DNA from: Escherichia phage phiWec179 | Sequence record: LC739533.1 | Reading direction: 5' to 3' (one strand) | DNA: 64,000 bases | In this document: piece after piece, positions 25,544 to 33,661 of the stretch | How positions within the stretch are numbered: position 1 is the stretch's first letter | How the letters are laid out: every line of letters starts with the position of its first letter | The notes under the pieces: generated by a model | Seen by the model: only the letters and a program-made list of their open reading frames with translations | Databases searched by the model: none | Told to the model about the DNA's origin: nothing | Made by a program: the position numbers and the translations under genes

Positions 25544-26026
25544 ATGTTGAAGGTTGTTACTGGGAATCTGATCGATGCCGCCAAGAATGGGAAAGTGAAC
25601 GTTATAGCCCACTGTTGTAACTGTATGTGTAATATGGGTGCAGGGATTGCTCCGCAAATTAAACGAGCATTTCCTTATGCATATGCAGCCGACTTGGATA
25701 CAGCGGCAGGTGATCAAAGCAAACTGGGTTCTTTTAGTTTAGGGGTGCCGGAGGAAGTGTCTGACCCACTGGTTTATAACCTGTACGGACAGTACCGTTA
25801 CGGGTATAACGGTAAAGGTCGTCAGTTGGACTATGATGCCCTGTACGATGCTCTTGAGGCTATGGCAAAGGATCTCCACAAATGGGTGAACACATCTGCC
25901 AAACATAAGATTGGTCTACCTATGATCGGAGCAGGGTTGGCAGGAGGTAATTGGGCTATCATTGAAGTGATGATTGAAGAAACTTTAGTAAAAACAGGTC
26001 ACGATGTGACTATTTATAAACTTTAA
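25544..26026 (+). CDS. Macro domain protein, TARG1/OARD1-like (ADP-ribose binding or hydrolysing)
   Basis: VNVIAHCCNCMCNMGAGIAPQIKRAFP and C-terminal LPMIGAGLAGGNWAIIEVMIEE...VTIYKL, close to recalled OARD1 motifs. Confidence 0.7.
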   Translation: MLKVVTGNLIDAAKNGKVNVIAHCCNCMCNMGAGIAPQIKRAFPYAYAADLDTAAGDQSKLGSFSLGVPEEVSDPLVYNLYGQYRYGYNGKGRQLDYDALYDALEAMAKDLHKWVNTSAKHKIGLPMIGAGLAGGNWAIIEVMIEETLVKTGHDVTIYKL

Positions 26027-26039
26027 GAGGAGAAATAAT

Positions 26040-26261
26040 ATGGGTGTTGTTGCAGGTGTTCTGGCAGTAGTTATCGTGTTTGTTCTGGCTTTCCTGATTA
26101 GTATGATTCCAGCATGGCTTCTGCTGCTGGCTTATAACTACGTTGTTGAAATGATGGGTCACACAGATATCACTGTTCCTATCACCTTCTGGACTGTGGT
26201 GTGTGTGGCATTTATCATGGCTGTACTACGTGGGATCTTTTCCTCAAGTTCTTCAAAATAA
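26040..26261 (+). CDS. Small membrane protein (73 aa)
   Basis: Two hydrophobic helices. Confidence 0.5.
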   Translation: MGVVAGVLAVVIVFVLAFLISMIPAWLLLLAYNYVVEMMGHTDITVPITFWTVVCVAFIMAVLRGIFSSSSSK

Positions 26262-26264
26262 GTG

Positions 26265-26323
26265 TTGACAAGGTTTTAGAATAGAGTAAGATGTATCACA
26301 TGAGGCGGGGAGTGGTTCCCCGC
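26265..26323 (+). promoter_or_regulatory. Conserved early promoter (TTGACA-N16-TAAGAT) with 5' leader hairpin, plus-strand copy upstream of terC
   Basis: -35 (26265-26270), -10 (26287-26292), then GTATCACATGAGGCGG and hairpin GCGGGGA/TCCCCGC (26305-26323). Confidence 0.6.
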
Positions 26324-26342
26324 AAAGAGAAAGGAGAAAATA

Positions 26343-27317
26343 ATGCAACTTGGTTTTCCAATCATTGATGTAGTGGTGTTGGTAGGTATTCTTGTTCTGT
26401 CGATCTGTGTTGACTTTTTTGGTCATCGTGAAAACAAGGAGATCTCTTTCAAATCCGCTGTGGCTTGGTCAGTATTCTGGATTGGTGTGTCTTTAGCCTA
26501 CTACGGTTTTGTATACTTCCAGCACGGCGCAGCTTTTGCAAACTTATTCTTGAGTGGATATGTGTTAGAGAAGTCGCTCTCGGTAGATAACTTGGTAGTG
26601 TTTGTAGCAGTGTTCTCCAGTTTCGGGATTAAGAGCACACACTTACAACACAAAATTCTACTCTGGGGTATTGCAGGTGCGATTGTCTTCCGAGGTGTGT
26701 TTGTAGCAGCAGGGACTTATCTGCTAAGTTTGGGTTGGTTTGTTAATATCATCTTCGGTGCTGTTATCCTGTTCTGTGCTTTTAAAATGGTAATGGCTGG
26801 CGGTGATGATGAAGAAGTGGATTACTCTAAACATTGGGCGACACGCTTTGTACGTAAACTATTCCCAGTATCGGATCAGATGGATGGCGAGAAGTTCTTC
26901 ACAATTAAGAATGGTGTTCGTGTAGCAACTCCGGCTCTGGTTTGTGTGTTCGTGATGGAAATGGTGGATGTGATCTTTGCAGTAGACTCGGTTCCGGCTG
27001 TAATTGCAGTGACACAAGAACCACTGCTTGTATTCTCTTCGATGCTCTGTGCAATCTTAGGCTTACGTGCTCTGTTCTTTGTTCTTAGTGTGGCCCTGAA
27101 GTATCTGGTTCACCTGGAAAAAGCAGTTATCGCAGTCCTGGTGTTTGTTGGTGTGAAACTGATGTATCACCCGTTTGCAGAAACGCTGCACGCAAAAGTG
27201 AGCTTCCTGCCAGCGCATATTGACCCGACGATCAGCATGTATATCGTGCTTGGTACTCTGACCCTGGGCGTGATTGCAAGTTTCATCTTCCCTGAAAAAG
27301 AAGAAGCTACCGCTTAA
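26343..27317 (+). CDS. terC: TerC-family integral membrane protein
   Basis: Signature segments EKSLSVDNLVVF and AVDSVPAVIAVTQEPLLVFSSMLCAILGLRALFF; multiple transmembrane helices. Confidence 0.85.
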   Translation: MQLGFPIIDVVVLVGILVLSICVDFFGHRENKEISFKSAVAWSVFWIGVSLAYYGFVYFQHGAAFANLFLSGYVLEKSLSVDNLVVFVAVFSSFGIKSTHLQHKILLWGIAGAIVFRGVFVAAGTYLLSLGWFVNIIFGAVILFCAFKMVMAGGDDEEVDYSKHWATRFVRKLFPVSDQMDGEKFFTIKNGVRVATPALVCVFVMEMVDVIFAVDSVPAVIAVTQEPLLVFSSMLCAILGLRALFFVLSVALKYLVHLEKAVIAVLVFVGVKLMYHPFAETLHAKVSFLPAHIDPTISMYIVLGTLTLGVIASFIFPEKEEATA

Positions 27318-27325
27318 TACCAATG

Positions 27326-27347
27326 AACCTCCTTCGGGAGGTTTCTT
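27326..27347 (+). terminator. Rho-independent terminator
   Basis: Stem AACCTCC / GGAGGTT with TTCG loop, followed by a T-rich tract. Confidence 0.65.
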
Positions 27348-27365
27348 ACTAACATAGGAGGAATT

Positions 27366-27716
27366 ATGTCTGTATATTTTGACGATGTTCAGGAATATGT
27401 TTGGTGTCTTTCTGGCACAATCTCGGAAGTAGAAGCTGCGATTCAAGAGGTTTTTCCTTACGCTTATGTAGAAGTTAAACAGGCACCTCCTATGGATCTT
27501 CCCCCTAATGTGGAAGCTTGTTGTGGTTCCGGCGAGGGTACAGTCATCCCAGTTCTGCGTTACGAACTACAAGCAGCAAGTGCAAATGTCGATGATATTA
27601 TTACAGAAATTAAGGCGTATGGTTTCTGGACCTCTCCTTACGCTAAATGGGATAACTCTGACACTTGGGATTTATTCTTCTGGGATAATGAGACAGATGA
27701 CGAGGTATTTCTGTAA
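27366..27716 (+). CDS. Hypothetical acidic protein (116 aa)
   Basis: Intact ORF with AGGAGG RBS. Confidence 0.55.
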   Translation: MSVYFDDVQEYVWCLSGTISEVEAAIQEVFPYAYVEVKQAPPMDLPPNVEACCGSGEGTVIPVLRYELQAASANVDDIITEIKAYGFWTSPYAKWDNSDTWDLFFWDNETDDEVFL

Positions 27717-27958
27717 TGAAAGTTGTTTGGGTTGTGTTTGAAAATATTTGTTTTGCAATAGGTTTGTTCGTCATACTTTTTGTGTTGACAAACGTGATCA
27801 ATGGTAGTAAAGTATCCCTATACAAAGACGGGGAGCAGATTTACTGCTTCTCTGGAGATTTCAAACACACCTGTGTTAATATGCAGAAAGAAGAAACTCC
27901 ACACCAGAAGTCAAGAGAAGATTTTGATTGGTGGTCACTACTTAATAACTTAAGATGA
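27716..27958 (+). CDS. Small membrane protein (80 aa)
   Basis: N-terminal transmembrane helix VVWVVFENICFAIGLFVILFVL. Confidence 0.5.
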   Translation: MKVVWVVFENICFAIGLFVILFVLTNVINGSKVSLYKDGEQIYCFSGDFKHTCVNMQKEETPHQKSREDFDWWSLLNNLR

Positions 27959-27967
27959 GGAGAAAAT

Positions 27968-28837
27968 ATGAAAAATATTCAGCCATTACCTGTAGTTGGG
28001 GATTTGTATTTCTTATCTGGTACGGGTTATTCCCCAGAAGCATTAGAAGTTAACAAGAACGTCTTCCGAGTGAAAGAAATAAGAGAAGAATGTAATGAAA
28101 TTGTTTTCGAAGGTATTACTAATGGAGTTCTTCAGTATGCAGAGATGCGTAGCTGCTTCCAGCAACCTTTCCGCCCGTTGGCAGACGAGTATAAGATTGC
28201 GGTAAATATTGATGATCTTAAAAAAGAACCAGGGTTCGAAGCGTTCTCTACTTTTATGGAAGATACGTATGTGGATGTAAAGAGATCTAACCTTTTCGCG
28301 GGGGATAATTTCCCTCACTTTGTGTCAGAGAAAAGTGATGGTTTTTCCGACTACGTGGATGCTGTAAACTATGATGTTTCTGAATTGACAGGAGAGCAGG
28401 ATTATCTTCTGCTGTCTCCTAAAGATTTCATGCGCGTAATGTATGCCGTAGCCGAACAGAAAAAGAAGAAAGAAAAGCTTGTAGCCAAAAAAGTTAAAAA
28501 GGTTAAAGGTAAACGTGCCAAAGGTGTTCCAGAACGTAAGCGCACCGTAAATAAGGCGACAGTCTTCTTTACCAGCGGTGAGCAATATACGATCAAAGGT
28601 TTTAAAGAAGTGGGTTACACTGCTGGCGGAAACCTTCTGTTCTTCACAGTTGCAGAAGAAGGAGAAACTTTTATCCGTTTTTCCAATATGTGGGAAATGT
28701 CTGTAGAAGATATTAAAAGTGTTGTTGTTTTAGGTGTACATAAGAGTTTCATTATTAATCAAATCTCTGATTTCAGTGCACACTTGACAGCACCAGATTT
28801 CGAAACTACCACAACAAGCTTTAACTTCAAGGTGTAA
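27968..28837 (+). CDS. Hypothetical protein with central Lys-rich segment (289 aa)
   Basis: Intact ORF with GAGGAG RBS; KKKKEKLVAKKVKKVKGKRAK stretch. Confidence 0.6.
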   Translation: MKNIQPLPVVGDLYFLSGTGYSPEALEVNKNVFRVKEIREECNEIVFEGITNGVLQYAEMRSCFQQPFRPLADEYKIAVNIDDLKKEPGFEAFSTFMEDTYVDVKRSNLFAGDNFPHFVSEKSDGFSDYVDAVNYDVSELTGEQDYLLLSPKDFMRVMYAVAEQKKKKEKLVAKKVKKVKGKRAKGVPERKRTVNKATVFFTSGEQYTIKGFKEVGYTAGGNLLFFTVAEEGETFIRFSNMWEMSVEDIKSVVVLGVHKSFIINQISDFSAHLTAPDFETTTTSFNFKV

Positions 28838-28840
28838 TGC

Positions 28841-29431
28841 ATGAATACCGAGAGAGATTTAAAACTCTTGTGGTGGGAAGTGATGCAGGAGATCAAGGAG
28901 GATTTCCCTGTTTACTACAACATGCTACGTGAAGCTGGATATACGGCTTGCGTTAGGAACAAAGTGAATAACTCTTTCGGTTGGTGCAACTACCGAGAAA
29001 AGATTGTTGTTGTGAATTGGCACTTGCATAAAAACTCCACAAGGGATATGATAGTGGACACAATGAAGCATGAGATTGCTCATGCGATCGACGGTTGTAT
29101 GGGTAAGTTCAGTCGTCATGGACCACACTGGCAAAAGCTGGCAGCAGAGTTGGGAGCCAATCCTAAAGCTACTTCCAAAGAACCGTTAAACCATGAGTAC
29201 AAATATGTTCTTGTTTTGGTGGACAGATTTGCCACAAGATGTGTTAGAGGGTATAATCGTAAACCTAACCGTATGACTCCAGGGAAACAACCACATATTT
29301 GGTTGAAGAGTGATAAAGAGGGGACAGAAGGAAAAATATGGTTGTATAAATGGGAAGATTGGGTTAAAGTAGCTAAAGAATATGGTGTTTCACCTTACAC
29401 AAGAGAAATAGAAGAGGAGAATGAAGAATGA
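28841..29431 (+). CDS. SprT-like zinc metalloprotease domain protein
   Basis: HExxH motif MKHEIAHAI followed by HGPHW. Confidence 0.5.
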   Translation: MNTERDLKLLWWEVMQEIKEDFPVYYNMLREAGYTACVRNKVNNSFGWCNYREKIVVVNWHLHKNSTRDMIVDTMKHEIAHAIDGCMGKFSRHGPHWQKLAAELGANPKATSKEPLNHEYKYVLVLVDRFATRCVRGYNRKPNRMTPGKQPHIWLKSDKEGTEGKIWLYKWEDWVKVAKEYGVSPYTREIEEENEE

Positions 29432-30540
29432 CAAGTCCATTTTTGAAAGCGGCAACTGGTGGTCAAAAGAAATCTGAAACGAGTGTACTGACTGCTACTA
29501 CAGATGCAAGCAAGTCCGTGTTCGCTCCGAGTGTCCTGGATGCAAGTCCAGTGTATGCTCCAGCAGCGCCAAAAGCTGTGCCTACCTTGCCAACAATGTC
29601 TCGTAAAGAGATTGAAGAAGTGGGTGCAGAAGCAGGTTTAACTCTCCGCACGCTGAATGCCGAAGTGTTAAAGCACCAACGTAGCAATCAAGGCGATGAA
29701 ATGAGCCAACGCCTTACCGCGCTGATTAAACAAGCCAAACAGCTTGATCCTGCTTCTATCAAGCAGAGCAAAGGTGTAGGCAAACTTATCAAGAAACTGA
29801 TGGGTATGAAGGAAGATCTGTTCGGGGAATTCGATAATGTGAACAACCGTATCGAAGAACTCGTTAAGAATCTTCAGATGGATATTCGTAAAGAAGAAGA
29901 TTCTCTGGTGTACCTGGAGAAGCTGCACCAGGCGATCGGACAGTACGCCGCAAGCCTGAATCGTGATATGGAATTACTCACAGCAGCTTATGAGCAAGAA
30001 CTGGCTAACTTTGAAGCTACGCCAGAAGATGACGTAGAAGCCCGTCAACGCGTCCGTGACACGCTTGATCTTCTGGAGATACGTATTGCTGACTTGAAGG
30101 CATTACGCTTGCTGTGCGTGCAAATGGGTCCGCGTGTATTGGGTATGCAGAAAGTATCTGCCAGCCTCATGCGTTCTGCTCGTAATATTGTGAACAATGT
30201 GATTCCTGCTTACTCGGCAAACTTCTCGATGTATATTGAAAGTCTGCGCCAGAAGAAAGCAGCAGAAACACAGAACAACGTTCTGGACGAGTTCAACCTG
30301 GCAATCAAACTGGGTAGCGATCTTGCCACACAGAACCAGATCGAAGCAGCAGCACTGGCTAACCGCCAAGTGTTGGATATCGAAACTCTGCGTCACGATC
30401 AGGAGAACTTGGTTAAGATGTTGGAAGAAACTAACCGCATCAATACGGAAGCCCGTGCTGCCCGTGTTGATTACATCAATGAAGTTCAATCTCTCGAAGA
30501 TGGGATGGTTGACGCTGTTAAGAAGGGGTTGGGTAAATGA
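29428..30540 (+). CDS. TelA-like (toxic anion resistance family) coiled-coil protein
   Basis: 370-aa largely helical protein adjacent to TerC and TerD; family call is from recalled profile and context. Confidence 0.45.
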   Translation: MTSPFLKAATGGQKKSETSVLTATTDASKSVFAPSVLDASPVYAPAAPKAVPTLPTMSRKEIEEVGAEAGLTLRTLNAEVLKHQRSNQGDEMSQRLTALIKQAKQLDPASIKQSKGVGKLIKKLMGMKEDLFGEFDNVNNRIEELVKNLQMDIRKEEDSLVYLEKLHQAIGQYAASLNRDMELLTAAYEQELANFEATPEDDVEARQRVRDTLDLLEIRIADLKALRLLCVQMGPRVLGMQKVSASLMRSARNIVNNVIPAYSANFSMYIESLRQKKAAETQNNVLDEFNLAIKLGSDLATQNQIEAAALANRQVLDIETLRHDQENLVKMLEETNRINTEARAARVDYINEVQSLEDGMVDAVKKGLGK

Positions 30541-30743
30541 GAATCCGTGTATACATGCTTGACGAACAAGCTGGAGAAATAGGTGTTCGTTATGATGAAG
30601 AGAAACGCTTTGCCCCAATGACCCAGCTACAAACTCCAGATATTTTTGCAGCTTGTCGTGACGGATATATCTATGAAGGTTGTCGCAACTTTGGCAGATT
30701 TAAAGTTATTTCTGATGTGGAATTTAACGAGGAGGAAGAATGA
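30537..30743 (+). CDS. Hypothetical protein (68 aa)
   Basis: 4-nt overlap coupling. Confidence 0.5.
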   Translation: MRIRVYMLDEQAGEIGVRYDEEKRFAPMTQLQTPDIFAACRDGYIYEGCRNFGRFKVISDVEFNEEEE

Positions 30744-30910
30744 AAACATTGCGTGTGAACATCGAAACTACCTGGCGAGATTTCGAGGTTGTTGATATTG
30801 AGATTGAAGACGATATGTCTCAAGAAGATATCGAAGATCTTGCAAAAGAAACATTTCAGGACTATTGTAATTACGGGTTCCATATTTTAGGGGAGGAAGA
30901 AGATGTTTAA
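30740..30910 (+). CDS. Small acidic hypothetical protein (56 aa)
   Basis: ATG overlaps the upstream stop and the stop overlaps the next ATG; not in the ORF track. Confidence 0.4.
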   Translation: MKTLRVNIETTWRDFEVVDIEIEDDMSQEDIEDLAKETFQDYCNYGFHILGEEEDV

Positions 30911-31301
30911 ACACACAAACGTAAACTTGAAATTAACAGTAACAGATCCGACTCTTTTCATCAATCTTACAAGCGGGGAAGTTTATGAAGTTATCACAGA
31001 CGAGGATGGTTCTTGCTTCCTTAAAGGTTATTATCTCTGTGAATCTGATGAGTTGGTATCTATTATCACCTTGGGAGAATACGAAGAACCAGGCTTCCGT
31101 GTGGAGGTTGTTAAGAATCCCGATATTATCCAGTTGACTCGCCAAGAACTGATCACAATCATGGAAGACGCTTTTATTGATGGATGGAAGACTCAAAACT
31201 ATGATTGGAGTGGCCCAGAAGACTTCCTGCGTCTTCATAAAGAGTATGACGATTCCAGCGAAACTACTATTGCCATTGATAGTATTAAGGCTGGTGTGTA
31301 A
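30903..31301 (+). CDS. Hypothetical protein (132 aa)
   Basis: Intact ORF with GGAGG RBS. Confidence 0.6.
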   Translation: MFKHTNVNLKLTVTDPTLFINLTSGEVYEVITDEDGSCFLKGYYLCESDELVSIITLGEYEEPGFRVEVVKNPDIIQLTRQELITIMEDAFIDGWKTQNYDWSGPEDFLRLHKEYDDSSETTIAIDSIKAGV

Positions 31302-31370
31302 TGAAAAGTGTTGACAACAATCTCCATAAGATGGATAATACCTCCATCGAAAAAACGGGAGGAGATAAGA

Positions 31371-31643
31371 ATGTTTGATTTTAAAATAAAGGATTCAAAA
31401 CCCCAAGATGTAGCAGTTCGTTTCGAAGAGTTGGGGATTGGTGAAACTTTCATGTATTATTCAGCATATGAAGAAAATGGTTTGGATACATTTGCAAACT
31501 TAGTATTCCTTAAAAGCGGCGGCGCGACTGCTGTTTGTTTGAATAGTTCATCAAGAGGGAGTGTCCATACCGTATCCCCAGATGTGCCGATGGTTGCAGT
31601 TCGTTTAGTAGTTACTGATATTACACTTACAGAGGAGAAATAA
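31371..31643 (+). CDS. Hypothetical protein (90 aa), cassette paralog A
   Basis: MFDFKIKDSKPQ...SAYEENGLD; paralog of 32665..32946. Start after GGGAGGAG RBS. Confidence 0.55.
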   Translation: MFDFKIKDSKPQDVAVRFEELGIGETFMYYSAYEENGLDTFANLVFLKSGGATAVCLNSSSRGSVHTVSPDVPMVAVRLVVTDITLTEEK

Positions 31644-31644
31644 T

Positions 31645-32445
31645 ATGTCCAATAAAATTAGCCTGAAGAAACGCCAAGACACCCTGACCATTTCACTGAA
31701 GAAAAAGAAAATTGTCAACGAAGATCAAAAGATCGTTCTGCGTGTTGCAAGCGCACTGGATATCTCCGGCAGCATGTCCAGCCTGTATCGTAACGGTACT
31801 GTAAGTGAGTTTGTTGGTAAGCTGCTTCCGTTTGGTATGCTGTTCGATGATAACGCGCAGATCGATATGTGGGCTTTCAACAATAGCTCTCGTGAAATCA
31901 CTCCAGCAACTGCTGATGTGTATGATGATTACGTTGGTAAATGCATTAATGGTCGTGTAACAGTCCAGGGTGGCACAAGCTATGCACCTGTTATGCAGGA
32001 TATTTACGATTCCTACTTCGGTAGCACCACTAAATATGAAACTGTAGAAACCCCTGTAACCAAAGAAGTTCCTAAGAAAGGTTTCTTCAACCGTTTACTG
32101 GGTAAAACCGAAACTGTAGAAGCTATTGTAGAAAAAACTGTAGCCGTTGCTGTGCCTGGTGTAGACGTTACTCCGGCAGTTGTGTTCTTCCAGACAGATG
32201 GAGAGAACGATGATCCGAGCCGTGTACTCTCCGTACTGGAAAAGAACAAGGGTAAACCTATTTACTGGTTCATGGTGGGTGTTGGTAGTGCTCGTTTCTC
32301 TTTCCTGAAAGATTTGGCTGAAGCTTACGACAACGTAGCATTCATTGGTCTGAACGATCTTTCCTTGACAGACGAGCAGCTTTACGATAAACTCTTGTCT
32401 GAAGAGTTCGGTGAGTGGGTTGAAAAGGTTGGTGCTAAGAAATGA
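31645..32445 (+). CDS. von Willebrand factor A (vWA) domain protein, TerY-like
   Basis: MIDAS motif DISGSMS, downstream GGTSYAP and VVFFQTDGENDD. N-terminus ISLKK...ISLKK resembles the TerD N-terminus. Confidence 0.7.
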   Translation: MSNKISLKKRQDTLTISLKKKKIVNEDQKIVLRVASALDISGSMSSLYRNGTVSEFVGKLLPFGMLFDDNAQIDMWAFNNSSREITPATADVYDDYVGKCINGRVTVQGGTSYAPVMQDIYDSYFGSTTKYETVETPVTKEVPKKGFFNRLLGKTETVEAIVEKTVAVAVPGVDVTPAVVFFQTDGENDDPSRVLSVLEKNKGKPIYWFMVGVGSARFSFLKDLAEAYDNVAFIGLNDLSLTDEQLYDKLLSEEFGEWVEKVGAKK

Positions 32446-32684
32446 TCGACACGCTGATCTCTCAAACGGTGTTGCAAGTGATGCGTGAGAGAGAAGCTTT
32501 CATCATGAAGGGTCTTAAAGATTATTTTGGGACTCTTTCTTTGGAAGAACTCAAACTACGCGTTGAGATCCATGCGTATCCTTCTTATGAAGAATGGATT
32601 GACAAAGCAAATAAAGCTGTTATAATGCGTATCAACAAACCAGAAATCACGACAGGAGGACAAGATGTTAAATTTCGCCATTAA
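32442..32684 (+). CDS. Hypothetical protein (80 aa)
   Basis: 4-nt overlap coupling. Confidence 0.5.
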   Translation: MIDTLISQTVLQVMREREAFIMKGLKDYFGTLSLEELKLRVEIHAYPSYEEWIDKANKAVIMRINKPEITTGGQDVKFRH

Positions 32685-32946
32685 GAAAGATAGCAAACCA
32701 AAGATTCAGACTTGTCGCATTGCAAATCTTACACATGGTGATTTGTTTGTTCTGAAAAGTGCCTACGACGAAGACGGTCTTGATCCAGAAGCAGTCGTCG
32801 TTTATATGGTGTTGCGGCGAGATGAAGACACCAAGCACCCATACAATGCGGTAGAGATGAATTACAATGCAATGTTGTGCTCAATACACTATACGGCAGA
32901 GTTGGTGCAGGTAGAGTTAACAGTTAACGAAATTAAACTTAAATAA
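32665..32946 (+). CDS. Hypothetical protein (93 aa), cassette paralog B
   Basis: MLNFAIKKDSKP...SAYDEDGLD; paralog of 31371..31643; AGGAGG RBS. Confidence 0.55.
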   Translation: MLNFAIKKDSKPKIQTCRIANLTHGDLFVLKSAYDEDGLDPEAVVVYMVLRRDEDTKHPYNAVEMNYNAMLCSIHYTAELVQVELTVNEIKLK

Positions 32947-32961
32947 TAGAGGAGACACATA

Positions 32962-33564
32962 ATGAGCGATAAAATTTCCCTGAAAAAAGGTTCCACCGAG
33001 AAGATTTCCCTGAAGAAAGTTGCTCCGGCACTGAAAGAACTGCGTCTGGAGTTCTCCTGGAAATCAAACTCTAAACTGGATCTGGATGTAAGCGCACTTG
33101 TATGCCGACACAACGCCTCTGGCAACCCTGAAATGCTGTCTGCACGTCATCTGGTTTGTTATGCTAACAAGTTTGATCCAGAACGTTCTGTATTCGCAGG
33201 TGATGATGTTCGTGACGGTACTGGTCAAATGGAACAAATCGATGTAACCTTGGCTAAGATCTCCGATAAAGCCGAAGAGATTGCTTTTGTCCTAACTATT
33301 GATGATGAAACGGGTCAGAAACGTCTGGGTCACGCTACTGAAGGTATGCTGAAGATCTTTGATGCCGAGCGTAACGTTGAGATCCTGGACTTCGACTTCT
33401 TGGCTCCTGAAGTGGCTGGTAATACCATCTGCCACGTAGCTTCCCTGGTTCGTGAAGACGGTGAATGGAAACTGAAAGCTTACGGTGTTGGTAAAGCAGG
33501 TATGGATATCTGTGATGTGGTTATGGCCTTCGGTGGTCAGAAAGAATGGTACGATTGCCCGTAA
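32962..33564 (+). CDS. terD: TerD-domain protein
   Basis: Aligns along its length with recalled TerD: ISLKKGSTEKISLKK, DLDVSAL, GDDVRDGTGQMEQIDV, IAFVLTIDDE, EDGEWKLKAYGVG. Confidence 0.8.
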   Translation: MSDKISLKKGSTEKISLKKVAPALKELRLEFSWKSNSKLDLDVSALVCRHNASGNPEMLSARHLVCYANKFDPERSVFAGDDVRDGTGQMEQIDVTLAKISDKAEEIAFVLTIDDETGQKRLGHATEGMLKIFDAERNVEILDFDFLAPEVAGNTICHVASLVREDGEWKLKAYGVGKAGMDICDVVMAFGGQKEWYDCP

Positions 33565-33584
33565 GATTTAACTGAAATGTTGTT

Positions 33585-33600
33585 GGGGGAGAAATCCCCC
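33585..33600 (+). terminator. GC hairpin (GGGGGA-GAAA-TCCCCC), weak terminator candidate
   Basis: Directly after the terD stop; no clean U-tract. Confidence 0.3.
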
Positions 33601-33601
33601 A

Positions 33602-33630
33602 TTGCAAAAACGCCTCTCATGTGTTATACT
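33602..33630 (+). promoter_or_regulatory. sigma70-like promoter (TTGCAA-N17-TATACT)
   Basis: Hexamers at 33602-33607 and 33625-33630; AAGGAGG RBS and TTG start follow. Confidence 0.55.
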
Positions 33631-33661
33631 GGTAGTTCATTCACCCAAAAGGAGGCAAAAT

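Noticed and set aside
24899-25717. 272-aa minus-strand ORF
   Set aside because: Antisense shadow of the PRTase and macro domain genes; Cys/His/Val-rich low-complexity translation.
30103-30618. 171-aa minus-strand ORF
   Set aside because: Antisense to the TelA-like gene; no RBS.
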